The position numbers and the translations under genes are program-made. Shown piece after piece: positions 38,395 through 49,834 of a stretch of DNA of 64,000 nucleotides (within the stretch, counting starts at the first letter, position 1; each line of letters starts with the position of its first letter). The stretch comes from Haliotis rufescens (Eukaryota), in assembly GCF_023055435.1 (NCBI RefSeq), contig NW_025964124.1:1984001-2048000 (forward strand), given 5' to 3'. A model generated the notes under the pieces. It searched no databases. It was not told the DNA's origin and worked only from the letters and a program-made list of their open reading frames with translations.

Positions 38395-39920
38395 ACAGGT
38401 GGTGGTGACGACCTCCGACGTGTCAGTCAGGTAAAGCCCCTCTCCAGCCCAACTGCAGGTTCCTGGACAACTCGACCCTGACGTCTTTGTAACATGGATC
38501 ATCAGCTCGGTTCCAGTTCTCCTCTGGATCTTTCGTATGGTCATAGAGTTCAACTCCCTGTAGTTGATCCCACATGGGTGTATAAATAGGCCTGCCTTTG
38601 AAGTTGATCCACTCTGTGTATCGATACATCTCTGTCCTCATGCTGTAACCCATGACAATGTCCCCCTCAAGTCCGTTGCCCCCTCTGGGGTATTGGGAGA
38701 ATGCTGCAGTTTTCCATGCTTCCAGTGTTGGGTTCGTCATAAGTGGCACCATACTTGTACCCTCTGTGCACAGACTGACATTCTGGGAGTCTGGTGGACA
38801 CTGCTCAAGTTTGGGAAGTCCTGCAGCCTCCACGAGGGTAGGGTAGAGATCAACAAATTCTGTAAGTTTCTCAGTGACAACACCATGATCGGTGACCCCA
38901 GGAACACGAATCATCATGGGGGCATGTGTTGCATCCTCAAAGTTTGTCTGCTTCGCCCATTCAGAATGTTCCCCCAACTGCCATCCATGATCCCCCCAGA
39001 AGGCTATTATTGTATTATTGGTCAAGCCCAGGTTATCCAGCTGGTCAATGACCCTACCAAGTTCGTAATCTACGTAGCTCACACAGCTGTAATAAGCCTG
39101 TCGCATTTCAAGAGTAAGTGTTGTTGGAAATGTAAAGTTAATGTTACCACAATTTTTCAAGTCGTAGGTTTGTAAGTCTTTAAAGTTAGCCATTTTACTG
39201 TAGTTATGCCATGCAATAGCAGGCATTCCTACTGGAGCATAGTAATTTGGTGGTAGCTTCAAACTTTCCAGAGGATAGTAGTCCTTAAACCGTGCGGGAA
39301 AGTTCCAGGTACTATGGGGTTTACGGAAACCCACAGCCAGAAAGAAAGGACGCTCACCTGACCTAGCTTCTGGGGCCACCTCCTTTTGTGGCCAAAAGCT
39401 GATCCTGTAGTGGCTGGGCCTTAGCTCTCTCCTCGGAGACTGCTTCAATAAGAAGATTGTTAGTTATGTACGCATCAGTAGAATGGGTGTAGGGATCAGT
39501 CCATGAAACAGGATCGTCACCTCCGGAGGATGCGCCTGGGTGAAATATTTTCCCCATTCCTATGGTTCTGTACCCATTTTGTTTGAAATACTGGGGCAGT
39601 GTAGTGAAATTACCTCCATACTGACGAAAGTAAGGTCCGATTAGCCAGATGTGGCTTGTGTCAGGGCGTCTGCTGGTCAGGAGGGCTGTCCTGCTTGGAC
39701 TGCATACTGCCACTGAGACGTAAGCTCGCTTTAGGAGGAGGGATCTAGCAGCAAGTGCATCAATATTTGGTGTATGCATCTTTGGATGAACTGGAGATGG
39801 CGCATCTGGTCCGTCATAGGCACCGAGATTGGGTCTCAAATCATCCGAAACTAAAAACAAAATATTCTTCCTTGCATGGACTATTCCTAGGAATAACAAG
39901 TGTGAGACAAATATTTTCAT
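38395..39920 (-). pseudogene. Iduronate-2-sulfatase-like sulfatase pseudogene (inverted copy)
   Basis: Collinear with the three + copies but has a 17-bp deletion (AGAGTCTGCCATTCAGG) at 39390/39391 causing a frameshift, and AGA>TGA at 38423-38425. Confidence 0.88.
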
Positions 39921-40443
39921 TCTCGAAGAGCTGCTCATTTTTGTTACTTGGACACCAGCTGAAATCTTCACTGAGGGCTCATTGTACTGTTCGGTATATA
40001 TATGCTACTTTCTTTCAAAATAGAACAGGTGTGTCTGTTTATCATTCTAAAGCAAAGCTTTGCATGTCTGCTTTTATCAGATGTGTTGACTTTAAAGTGG
40101 CCACCTGCAGTTTTCCAAATATTTCAGATTGTTTGATATATTTTATTCTCACCATTAACAACCTTGCCCCTTTTGACATTGTTTGGGGTGTTTTCCAGCA
40201 CTTATTTAGATCAGTTTACTGAGTTTGTAACATGGAGCAAAATATCCACAGTATCTGATGTTGGGGATAGATAGAGCTGACTAAATAGGATCAGGTGATC
40301 TCCCTCCGTGACTTGGCTGACCATGGATCTGTTGATTCACCTTCCCTATGCCGTGGAGTACTCGGCTGATCATGCTCCATCAGGAGTCGAAATTGGCGTC
40401 TACATTTCAATTTTCTTGAATTCTTTTATTACCATGTTGCAGA

Positions 40444-40823
40444 CCTGTGAAGATCCGCGGTAGAATAGGTCTTCAGCAACATGTGCTTGCGGTAAAAGGT
40501 GACTATGCTTGTCGTAAGAGGCGACTATCGGGATCGGGTCGTCATGTTCGCTGACTTTGTTGATGCATGTCATCGATTCCAATTGCGTGGATCGATGCTC
40601 ATGATGTCAATCACTTGATTGTCTGGTCGAGATTCGATTATTTACAGACCACCGTCATATATAGCTGGAATATTGCTGAGTGCAGCGTTAAACAACAAAC
40701 AAGACAATCACGTGGATCGATGCTCATGATATTAATCACACGATTGTCTGGTCGAGATTCGATTATTTACAGACTCTCGTAATATAGCTGGATTATTGCT
40801 GAGTGTGGCGTTAAACCAACCAA
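40444..40823 (+). mobile_element. SINE-like repeat, third family, with duplicated 3' half
   Basis: 40444-40699 full copy; 40710-40823 repeats its 3' portion. Confidence 0.75.
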
Positions 40824-41228
40824 CCTTAATTATCAAGGAAGACTTTCTTAATATTCACAGAAAGTATTTCAACAAACAAAACTGAAAACGAAGACTTCTC
40901 AAACTATGTGTGATCATTTTGAGTAATATTTGGTACCTATCTTTAAAGCATACTGGAAAACATCAATATATTTCATTAAAACAATACTATGCCACCAATC
41001 AAATATGTATAACTATATATCACATATGATTTGGGTTTTTTTAATTTGATTTTGTGAAAGAGTTGTTGCAATCACCACATTTCTTATGTTCAGTGTATCC
41101 TGATACTTTGATCTAACAAAAGTGTTAATATCAAATCAGTATACTTTTCAATTGTAAGGTGGCCAAACTATTTATACTCACTTAGATCCAACCCACTCAG
41201 CCACCGAGGCTTCCACAAAAATGAAAGT

Positions 41229-41365
41229 CCGACAAGACTCGGTTGCTGAGTGGGTTGGATCGCTGACTTTGTGTGCTGGCGATTAGGTGCCTCACTCTGG
41301 CTAGTGTGGGTTCGAATCCCAGGCGGGACTCAACCCCAAAAAGTACGAGAATCTGTACTTTACTA
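41229..41365 (+). mobile_element. tRNA-like SINE head
   Basis: A-box-like TTGCTGAGTGG and B-box GGTTCGAATCC; no canonical cloverleaf. Confidence 0.5.
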
Positions 41366-43697
41366 AGAAAGTGTTTTCCCAAACATCGGTTACATTCACT
41401 GAATTGCCATCCGCCACATCAACGCACTACAACATCATCACAGGAAATAAGTTTTGGGATCTGCGAGCAGCAGATTTGCCATGCAGAGTATGCGATATTA
41501 ACACGGAATTCTTAACAGGACGTAGTAGAAGAAGCATGGCAGCGAGGTGGACAGACCTCACAAAAGAACTTTCTAGAACAGTTTTAGGAGGATATTTACC
41601 ATTAAAGTAACACAGAATATAACAACAGCTATCTGTTATGCACCGGCTAACATTAATTACCAGAAACAAGACATGAAGAAAATTTGCATCTTGATACCTT
41701 CCGGAAACCCACCAGATGCTTTCAGCAACCTTCAAATTTCTTGATATTTTCAAGATAATTTTTTATGTGTTTCACACTTAAGTGAACAAAATGCACCCCT
41801 CTAAATTTTGACATTTTTTTTTAAAGGTATCCAGGCCGGATCCAAAATAGGTAGGTATCCGGAAGGTGTTTCCGGAAGGTTTCCGGAAGACGGAAACCTA
41901 CACTTTTTTTGCTGTGAACAGGAAGTAGTCGAAGAAGCATGGCAGCGAGCTGGACAGACCTCGCAAAAGAACTTTCTAGAACAGTTTTCACCCTGCGAGA
42001 AACGTATAAAAGAAATGTTTACAGGACGATAAAGTCAGGCCAGAACATCACTGTCTAGCCATTTGACATCGCAAAGATGGCTATGATATTTGATGTCACA
42101 TTCAGTACCTTCCCACTCAAGGACAAAGCAAGGAAAAACAAGAATGTGTATCAATCAATCAATCTTTATTGTATGAAAGGCCATTGGCCCATATACACAT
42201 ACAGATAAACAATATCGTTTACAGCTGTACAGCTTATTATATAATTATTGGATAACTAATATGATGCTTGACATGTATTAGAGGTATTGTAATAACAGTG
42301 GAAATAACCACAGTGGCAGTAGTAGTATAAAATACAAAAGGAAAAGCTATCAGTCAATTAAAACAAAGTTACGTGAACCTCAATGACAGTTGGATAGACG
42401 CAATCATTTTGCTGACACTCCAATAGTTTGAGAATGGGTAGTAAATCGTCCCACAGTTTTCCTTGAAAGGTTCCCCTCCCATAGTTAAACAAGAGCGGTC
42501 ACCCTCCCATAGTATAGCATAGTATAGTGGATATCAGTTGAAGATTAGTTTGCGGCATTACCTTGATCGGACTTTGTTTTAAGTAGGAGAAAGTCCTAAC
42601 GGCCTCGAACAAGCTTCACGTGCGAAAATAATAGCGAGATTTCGGACATTCTCCTACACGTAAACCGATACGTTACGGGTCGGCGAATAAAAGAAATTGA
42701 ACTTCCACCAATGATAATGTTACTTATCCTATCTATCTGCTGTTAATAATTCACAATTTTAAGTCTATTATCTTCAACCCTAGATCGTCACGATATGGCC
42801 CATGTGACGATAAATAATAACTCACTCATTCACTCATTCAACCCCAGACGAAAACAACTTTCAAAATGTGCAATATGTAGCGTCACGTTGGTTTTCAATG
42901 TCCATTTCTACCTATGTATAGATAAATATGCAGTAGCCTTTGAATATACAAGGTGGCCACTGTATGTGCAAAGGAGGGTGGGATTTTGCATATGCTATTT
43001 TCCATGCTAAATATATACATATATATATAAAGTTACTCTTAAATGCAAAAACATCAATACTCTCATGTTACATGCCAATACAAATGTATTTTAGTATGTC
43101 AGCTTTTCCCAGTATTCCGGTGTACATACTGTTCTTGTTAAAATTAATCCTTTTAAATCTGTCAGTTTTATTCGTCACTTTATGTAATAATGCCCGGTAG
43201 AGAGCACAGTCCATGAGAGAATGAACTTTCATTAACTGCCGTAAAACGTCATTGTCGCTTATTGGTCAACCTAAAGTGGCTAATGTGTTCATAAAAACTA
43301 ACCTTTTTGTAGTTTTTTTATCCTTTTGTTTTGTATCGACACATATTGGTGTCGCTAAACTATTTTTTATGTATAGCGCTTATTTTGTGCATGATATACG
43401 AAAATATAATGTTTGTCCATCTGTTAAAGTTCGTTTTTTTATTTCCATATCCTTATAGCAGAAACTACATTCATTTATTTAATCCCTGATCAACTGGAAT
43501 TCTTTTCCATTCACACCAAATAAAAAAACCTTGTGATTGCTACACAGCGCATGATATACATATCCATATCCTCAAACCTAAAACAGAAACTATGGTAACG
43601 TAGGTCAGCATATTATTCCTGGTACAATCATTAAGATGTTTTTTTATCAAAATGTTCACAAACTCACTGCTGTTATGATACTATATATGTGTAGCCT

Positions 43698-44665
43698 TTA
43701 CACGTAAGTGGTGAATCCTTTAGATCCTGTGTTAGCGACCCTCGTTAAAACAGCGCCATCTACTTCTATCACCCTTGGTAGAACTGTGTCGAGACTACGG
43801 ATAAGTTTGAAGCATGCTCCTGGATCAATCGTTGCCCAGAATGCATAGATGCCATTTATAAGTTCATTTTTTGTTTGTGAATTCACCCGACGTCTAATAT
43901 TCCATTTCAACGATGCCCAAGCTTTCTCGATTGGGTTGAGATATGGAGATTCTGGAGGTTTTGGCCTGTGATAAATCCCGTTTAAAGATAGCCACTGTGC
44001 TCCTACTGGTATGCTTAGGATCGTTGTCCTGCATTAGTCTATGACCATCTGGGTACTTGTCCTGAATGAAAGGCACTAAGAACTCCTTTAGAATATCTTG
44101 ATAGGCCTCGCTGTCCACAGTGCCTGTGAAGAGACAAATATCTGTTGCATACGTTGTGAAATCCCTGCACAAACATGTACTTGATATGGATGTTTGGGGC
44201 GGCTTTTAAATTTTCGTGGACTCCCTTTCTTTTGAAATCATTTGGTTAACGTTGACTCACTGTGCACTCATCCGTGAATATGACATCTTCAAATGTATCA
44301 TGCGACGTCATGACCTTCTCACAAAAGTGTTTTCGTTTCACTGTTACCGTTGTAACAGATTTACTGTTTTTACTTTTAAGTAGACGTTGTAACTCAGGAG
44401 AGGACGTTTCGTCATCTGACGGCACAACGCCGTCTATGTAGCTGATGTCAGAATCCGGCAAGATGCGAAGTCTGCCGCTCCTGGTCCTGTCACTAACACG
44501 ACCAGTTTCCTTGTATCTTCCTGAGGTCATCTGAAGTGATTTTATTGAGCCTTTCCACATATCCTTTTGTGACAATCTTGCTTGTATCACAGGATATGTG
44601 AGATGTTGCTGATGAAGAAGTATAATCTTGTGTCGCAAATAGATCGCAATCCTTGATCCTCGCAC
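43698..44665 (-). mobile_element. Degenerate Tc1/IS630-superfamily transposase (distinct family)
   Basis: SDRTRSGR, VIFTDECTV, LMQDNDPKHTS, PESPYLNPIEKAW across frameshifted ORFs; TIRs not identified. Confidence 0.85.
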
Positions 44666-45630
44666 AAACCTATCGATATCGATTATATCTGCTGCGCTTC
44701 TGTCCTGATGACCATGAGTATTTTTGTGTTCTTAAATGTAAAGACATCTTAACGCTGCTATTCAATTGTCTGCACAGCTGAACCTACCCTACTCCAATAT
44801 ACAAGCGTCTCTTTGAAAGGCATTATGAATACAATTTGCTGGAAGGTGGGTTTCATCCTCTATGTTTCTGATGCTATGTAACGCATGGCGCTTCCTGTTA
44901 TTTCGTGCACCTGCTTAGGATCGTGAGCAGACAACGTAATTAACTATCGGAGTTGTCTGGCTATACGTTATCATAAACTGTGGGTTTGTTTTTATTCAAG
45001 TATATATTCTGAGTATATTGTTCATTGTGAATAACTGTTTTCAGTCTGATTCGCAATCGAATGTCTAGAAAATAACGAATTCATTAAATCACAAATATAT
45101 CTAGCTCTAAAAGCTGCAGATCCCACGTATCTGAGACACTCGACATGTGTATACATGCATAATAAAGAAGTTGACATCATTAAATTCTCTTCCTCACATG
45201 TATGTAGCATCCGTGTATCATCTATTTATTACTTCGTTTTAAGGAAAGTTATTCAATTTTCAGTCTAAGACCCCAATAACAGAAGCATAAGCTTCATTAG
45301 CACATCAAACCGAAATGTTTTTTTGTATCCTTAATCTTGAATGCTAAATGAAACAGAGAATGTGATGGCCGCTGTTAACATTCAGCATTTCAGGCATTAT
45401 ACTGACGAACGCTGGTCCTTAGTGTGTATGAATCAGATGAGCCAAGGACCAGAAGCAGGGTGAATCTAGAAAAACACAATCAGTGTGTTCAGGCACCACT
45501 GGGAATTGCGTTCTCATACACTACTCCCCATTCTGAAGACTATTGATAACTGATACAAATGAGTTACACACATTAGCGAATATAAACATTTGTCTATGAA
45601 TTTCTTATTGATTAATATGGAATACGTCAT

Positions 45631-46300
45631 GCATCCTTGCGGAAAAAATACAGCTTTAACAACATATCCATGTAAAGCTTTATACTGTTAATTGACCTAC
45701 CACCTACACCTCTTGAAATATAACACGAGCAACAGGCTTAGATAGCTCCAGGTTAGATTGAACATACATCCGACATACATGGGAAGTAACGCACGACAGC
45801 ATTTCTGAAGTGTACATGCAGTGTACCAATATGGCGCCACTTTCTCGGCACTATTACCGACTTTTGCGGCACTATCAAGGCACTATCAAGGCACTTTTGC
45901 ACCACTTACGAGAAATTTCACGGCATTAGCGCGCAACTTTCGCTGCATTTTAGGTGTTGCATCCTTGCAGAAAAAATACACTTTTTAGGAACATGTCCAT
46001 GGAAAGCTTTGTAATGTTAATGGACGTAACCATCAACACCTCTCTAAATATGATAAGAGGAACAGGCTTTATATAGCTCCAGGTTCGATTGAACATACAT
46101 GTTCATGTATTTTCGCATCCAATATAAATGGGGAAGTAACACACGACAGCATTTCTGAAGTGTACTTGTAGTGTACCAATATGTCACTGTACTTTTACCC
46201 ACTTTTGCAGCACTATCCTGCCGCTATCACGTCACTTTTGCGCCACTAACGCGAAACTCAGGGTCACTTTTGCTAAACTTTTACGGTGCTATCACGAACG
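45631..46300. repeat. Imperfect direct duplication of ~330-350 bp
   Basis: GCATCCTTGC(G/A)GAAAAAATAC at 45631 and ~45959; shared GGAAGTAAC…GACAGCATTTCTGAAGTGTAC. Confidence 0.8.
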
Positions 46301-47299
46301 CATCGTAAAATAGTTTCACGATAGGGGAAGTGACTTTTGAAATGTAGTGTACCTTGATATCACTCTAAGACAGTGGGCTGTGTAGCGTTTTGAACACTTT
46401 GAATATTTGGACACATCAGCCATCCATAATGATTTACAAGTATGCCATTTTTCGTGACTCAAATTCCTGTTATTTGTAGACATTGAGGAATTCCCCTAAT
46501 GTAGTTCTGTATGTCTCCACTCGATCGACAACATAATCACGTGACATACTGACGCTTATCGGGAAATAAACAAAAGTCAGCTTGGAAGTGTTTATCTAGG
46601 TGAGGGCAATGGCTACTGTCAATATTAAACTATGAAACTACTGCAGGGCAAAACAGATTACATTGTGACCCAGAGTTATGACATTTTGTTAAACTGCATC
46701 CTTCACTTGCGCCTTTCAAAGCCTGGACATTTGCTCGCCACTTTCCTCAAATGAACCGTCGGTGTAAACTGTAAGTTCTTCTGTGTTCAATATGGCAGCC
46801 AGGATTGGGACAAGAAAAGTGCAATCTTTCTGACCTTGTTTCTCATATTGTGTGTTCTTATGATTGTGATAAGAATACAGCTGAACGAGACAGACTCTGG
46901 TTGAACATCAGCGCTACAACTATTGTAAGCCTATGTTAAAGTATGGGAGTTACGATCATCTTAGCGCTAAGATCGCTTTGTGCAAGTGGGCCCTGGTCCT
47001 ATCGAATGTTCTGCCACCCTCTTCTGTCCTTTCATGTGTCCCACTTGTCCTGCTTAACAACAGTGACACTGATATGTATACCAGTACTGTTATCAAAGGG
47101 TTGTACCACCCGTGCAAGGACGTAATCGCTACTTGCATAATAAAGCAATCTATGATTGCTGACATTGCCATACTCCTAACATAACTGTTTCCATTATAAT
47201 GTCCATCCAATCTTTATACATTCTCCCATGTCTCCCTGGTTCTAACTCTCCTATGGAGGAATAAACAATATATATCATCAAGCGTAATCAGTAATCCAC

Positions 47300-47684
47300 G
47301 GAATCGGAACATAATCGCAGTCAATCAGCCATGTCACCGAGCGTGAGCACCTGATTTAGTCAGCTCCCAAACATCAGATACTGTGGATATTTACTTATCT
47401 GCCTGTAAAGCACCTCCAACAATGTCAACAGGGCACGGTCGTTTATGGAAAAAATAAAAGACAACAATTTTAAATATTTGGAAAACTGCAGGTGGCCATT
47501 CTAAATTCCACTCAACTGATAAAAGTAGGCATGCAAAGCTTTGCTTCAGAATGATAGACGAACACACCCTGTTCTTTTTAGACAGAAAGTAGTATATATA
47601 TGCTGAACAGCACAATGAGCCCTCACTGAAATGTTCAGCTAATGTCCAAGTACGATAAATGAGCAGCTCTTTGAGAAGTATGAT
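47300..47684 (+). promoter_or_regulatory. Orphan copy of the sulfatase promoter ending at the start codon
   Basis: Homologous to ~54290-54699 (E-box, GATA, TATA, …GAGAAGTATGAT), then switches to SINE sequence. Confidence 0.75.
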
Positions 47685-48084
47685 CCCGATAGTCGCCTCT
47701 TACGACAAGTATAGTCGCCTTTACGCAAGCATGTGTTCCTGAAGACCTATTCTACCGCGGATCTTCACAGGTCTGCAACATGGTAATGAAAGAATTCGAG
47801 AAAATTGAAATGTAGACGCCAATTTTGAGCATGATCAACCGAGTAATCCACGGCATAGGGAAGGTGAATCAACAGATACATGGTCAGTCAAGTCACGGCG
47901 GGAGATCACCTGATCCTATTTAGTCAGCTCTATCTATCTCCAACATCAGATACTGTGGATATTTTGCTCCATGTTACAAACTCAGTAAACTGATCTAAAT
48001 AAGTGCTTGAAAACACCCCAAACAATGTCAAAAGGGGCAAGGTTGTTAATGGTGAGAATAAAATATATCAAACAATCTGAAATA

Positions 48085-48210
48085 TTTGGAAAACTGCAGG
48101 TGGCCACTTTAAAGTCAACACATCTGATAAAAGCAGACATGCAAAGCTTTGCTTTAGAATGATAAACAGACACACCTGTTCTATTTTGAAAGAAAGTAGC
48201 ATATATATAC
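48085..48210 (+). promoter_or_regulatory. Sulfatase proximal promoter: TGGAAAA-ctg-CAGGTG, TGATAA, TATA-like ATATATATA (also at ~54493-54617, ~61096-61221, and inverted ~39997-40120)
   Basis: Motifs are retained in all five promoter copies; the TATA-like run lies ~80 bp upstream of the ATG. Confidence 0.6.
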
Positions 48211-48286
48211 CGAACAGTACATTGAGCCCTCAGTGAAGATTTCAGCTCGTGTCCAAGTAACAAAAAAGAGCAGCTCTTCGAGAAGT

Positions 48287-49834
48287 ATGATGAAAATATT
48301 TGTCTTACACTTGTTATTCCTAGGAATAGTCGATGCAAAGAAGAATATTTTGTTTTTAGTCTCGGATGATTTGAGACCCAATCTCGGTGCCTATGACGGA
48401 CCAGATGCGCCATCTCCAGTTCATCCAAAGATGCACACACCAAATATTGATGCGCTTGCTGCTAGATCCCTCCTTCTAAAGCGAGCCTACGTCTCAGTGG
48501 CTTTATGCAATCCAAGCAGGACAGCCCTCCTGACCAGCAGACGCCCTGACACAAGCCACATCTGGCTAATCGGACCTTACTTTCGTCAGTATGGAGGTAA
48601 TTTCACTACACTGCCCCAGTATTTCAAGCAAAATGGGTACAGAACCATAGGAATGGGGAAAATATTTCACCCAGGTCCATCCTCCGGAAGTGACGATCCT
48701 GTTTCATGGACTGATCCCTACACCCATGCTACTGATGCGTACATAACTAACAATCTTCTTATTGAAGCGGTCTCCGAGGAGAGAGCTAAGGCCCAGCCAC
48801 TACAAGATCAGATTTTGGCAGAGTCTGCCATTCAGGCACTAAATGAGGTGGCCCCAGAAGCTAGGTCAGGTGAGCATCCTTTCTTTCTGGCTGTGGGTTT
48901 CCGTAAACCCCATATTACCTGGAACTTCCCCGCACGCTTTAAGGACTACTATCCTCTGGAAAGTTTGAAGCTACCACCAAATTACTATGCTCCAGTAGGA
49001 ATGCCTGCTATTGCATGGCATAATTTCAGTAACCTGGCACTCTACAAAGATATGCAAACCTATCACTTGACAAATGTTGGGAACATTAACTTTACATTTC
49101 CAACAACACTTACTCTGGAAATGCGACAAGCTTATTACAGCTGTGTGAGCTATGTAGATTACGAACTTGGTAGGGTCATTGACGAACTGGATAACCTGGG
49201 CTTGACCAATAATACAATAATAGCCTTCTGGGGGGATCATGGATGGCAATTGGGAGAACATGCTGAATGGTTGAAGCAGACTAACTTTGAGGATGCAACA
49301 CATGCCCCGATGATGATTCGTGTTCCGGGGGTTACCGATCATGGTATTGTCACTGAGAAACTAACAGAATTTGTTGATCTCTACCCAACCCTCGTGGAGG
49401 CTGCAGGACTTCCCAAACTTGAGCAGTGTCCACCAGACTCCCAGAATGTCAGTCTGTGCACAGAGGGTACAAGTATGGTGCCACTTATGACGAATCCGAC
49501 ACTGGAAGCATGGAAAACTGCAGCATTCTCCCAATACCCCAGAGGAGGCAACGGACTTGATGGGGACATTGTCATGGGTTACAGCATGAGGACAGATATG
49601 TATCGATACACAGAGTGGATCAACTTCAAAGGCAGGCCTATTTATAAACCCATGTGGGACCAACTACAGGGAGTTGAACTCTATGATCATACGAAAGATC
49701 CAGAGGAGAACTGGAACCGAGCCGATGATCCATCTTACAAAGACGTCAGGGTCGAGTTGTCCAGGAACCTGCAGTTGGGCTGGAGAGGGGCTTTACCTAG
49801 CAGACACGTCGGCGGTCGTCAACACCACCTGTAA
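48287..49834 (+). CDS. Iduronate-2-sulfatase-like formylglycine sulfatase, copy 1 (intronless, 515 aa from MMKIF)
   Basis: Signal peptide MMKIFVLHLLFLGIVDA; KNILFLVSDDLRP, CNPSRTALLTSRRP, GKIFH, GFRKPH, WGDHGWQLGEH, ELYDHTKDPEE. Confidence 0.93.
   Translation: MMKIFVLHLLFLGIVDAKKNILFLVSDDLRPNLGAYDGPDAPSPVHPKMHTPNIDALAARSLLLKRAYVSVALCNPSRTALLTSRRPDTSHIWLIGPYFRQYGGNFTTLPQYFKQNGYRTIGMGKIFHPGPSSGSDDPVSWTDPYTHATDAYITNNLLIEAVSEERAKAQPLQDQILAESAIQALNEVAPEARSGEHPFFLAVGFRKPHITWNFPARFKDYYPLESLKLPPNYYAPVGMPAIAWHNFSNLALYKDMQTYHLTNVGNINFTFPTTLTLEMRQAYYSCVSYVDYELGRVIDELDNLGLTNNTIIAFWGDHGWQLGEHAEWLKQTNFEDATHAPMMIRVPGVTDHGIVTEKLTEFVDLYPTLVEAAGLPKLEQCPPDSQNVSLCTEGTSMVPLMTNPTLEAWKTAAFSQYPRGGNGLDGDIVMGYSMRTDMYRYTEWINFKGRPIYKPMWDQLQGVELYDHTKDPEENWNRADDPSYKDVRVELSRNLQLGWRGALPSRHVGGRQHHL

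Noticed and set aside
39370-39450. Programmed frameshift or intron joining the two minus-strand sulfatase ORFs
   Set aside because: Alignment to the paralogues shows a plain 17-bp deletion.
49820-49834. C-terminal QHHL as a peroxisomal or ER-retention signal
   Set aside because: Not a canonical PTS1 or KDEL-type motif, and PTS1 would conflict with the N-terminal signal peptide.
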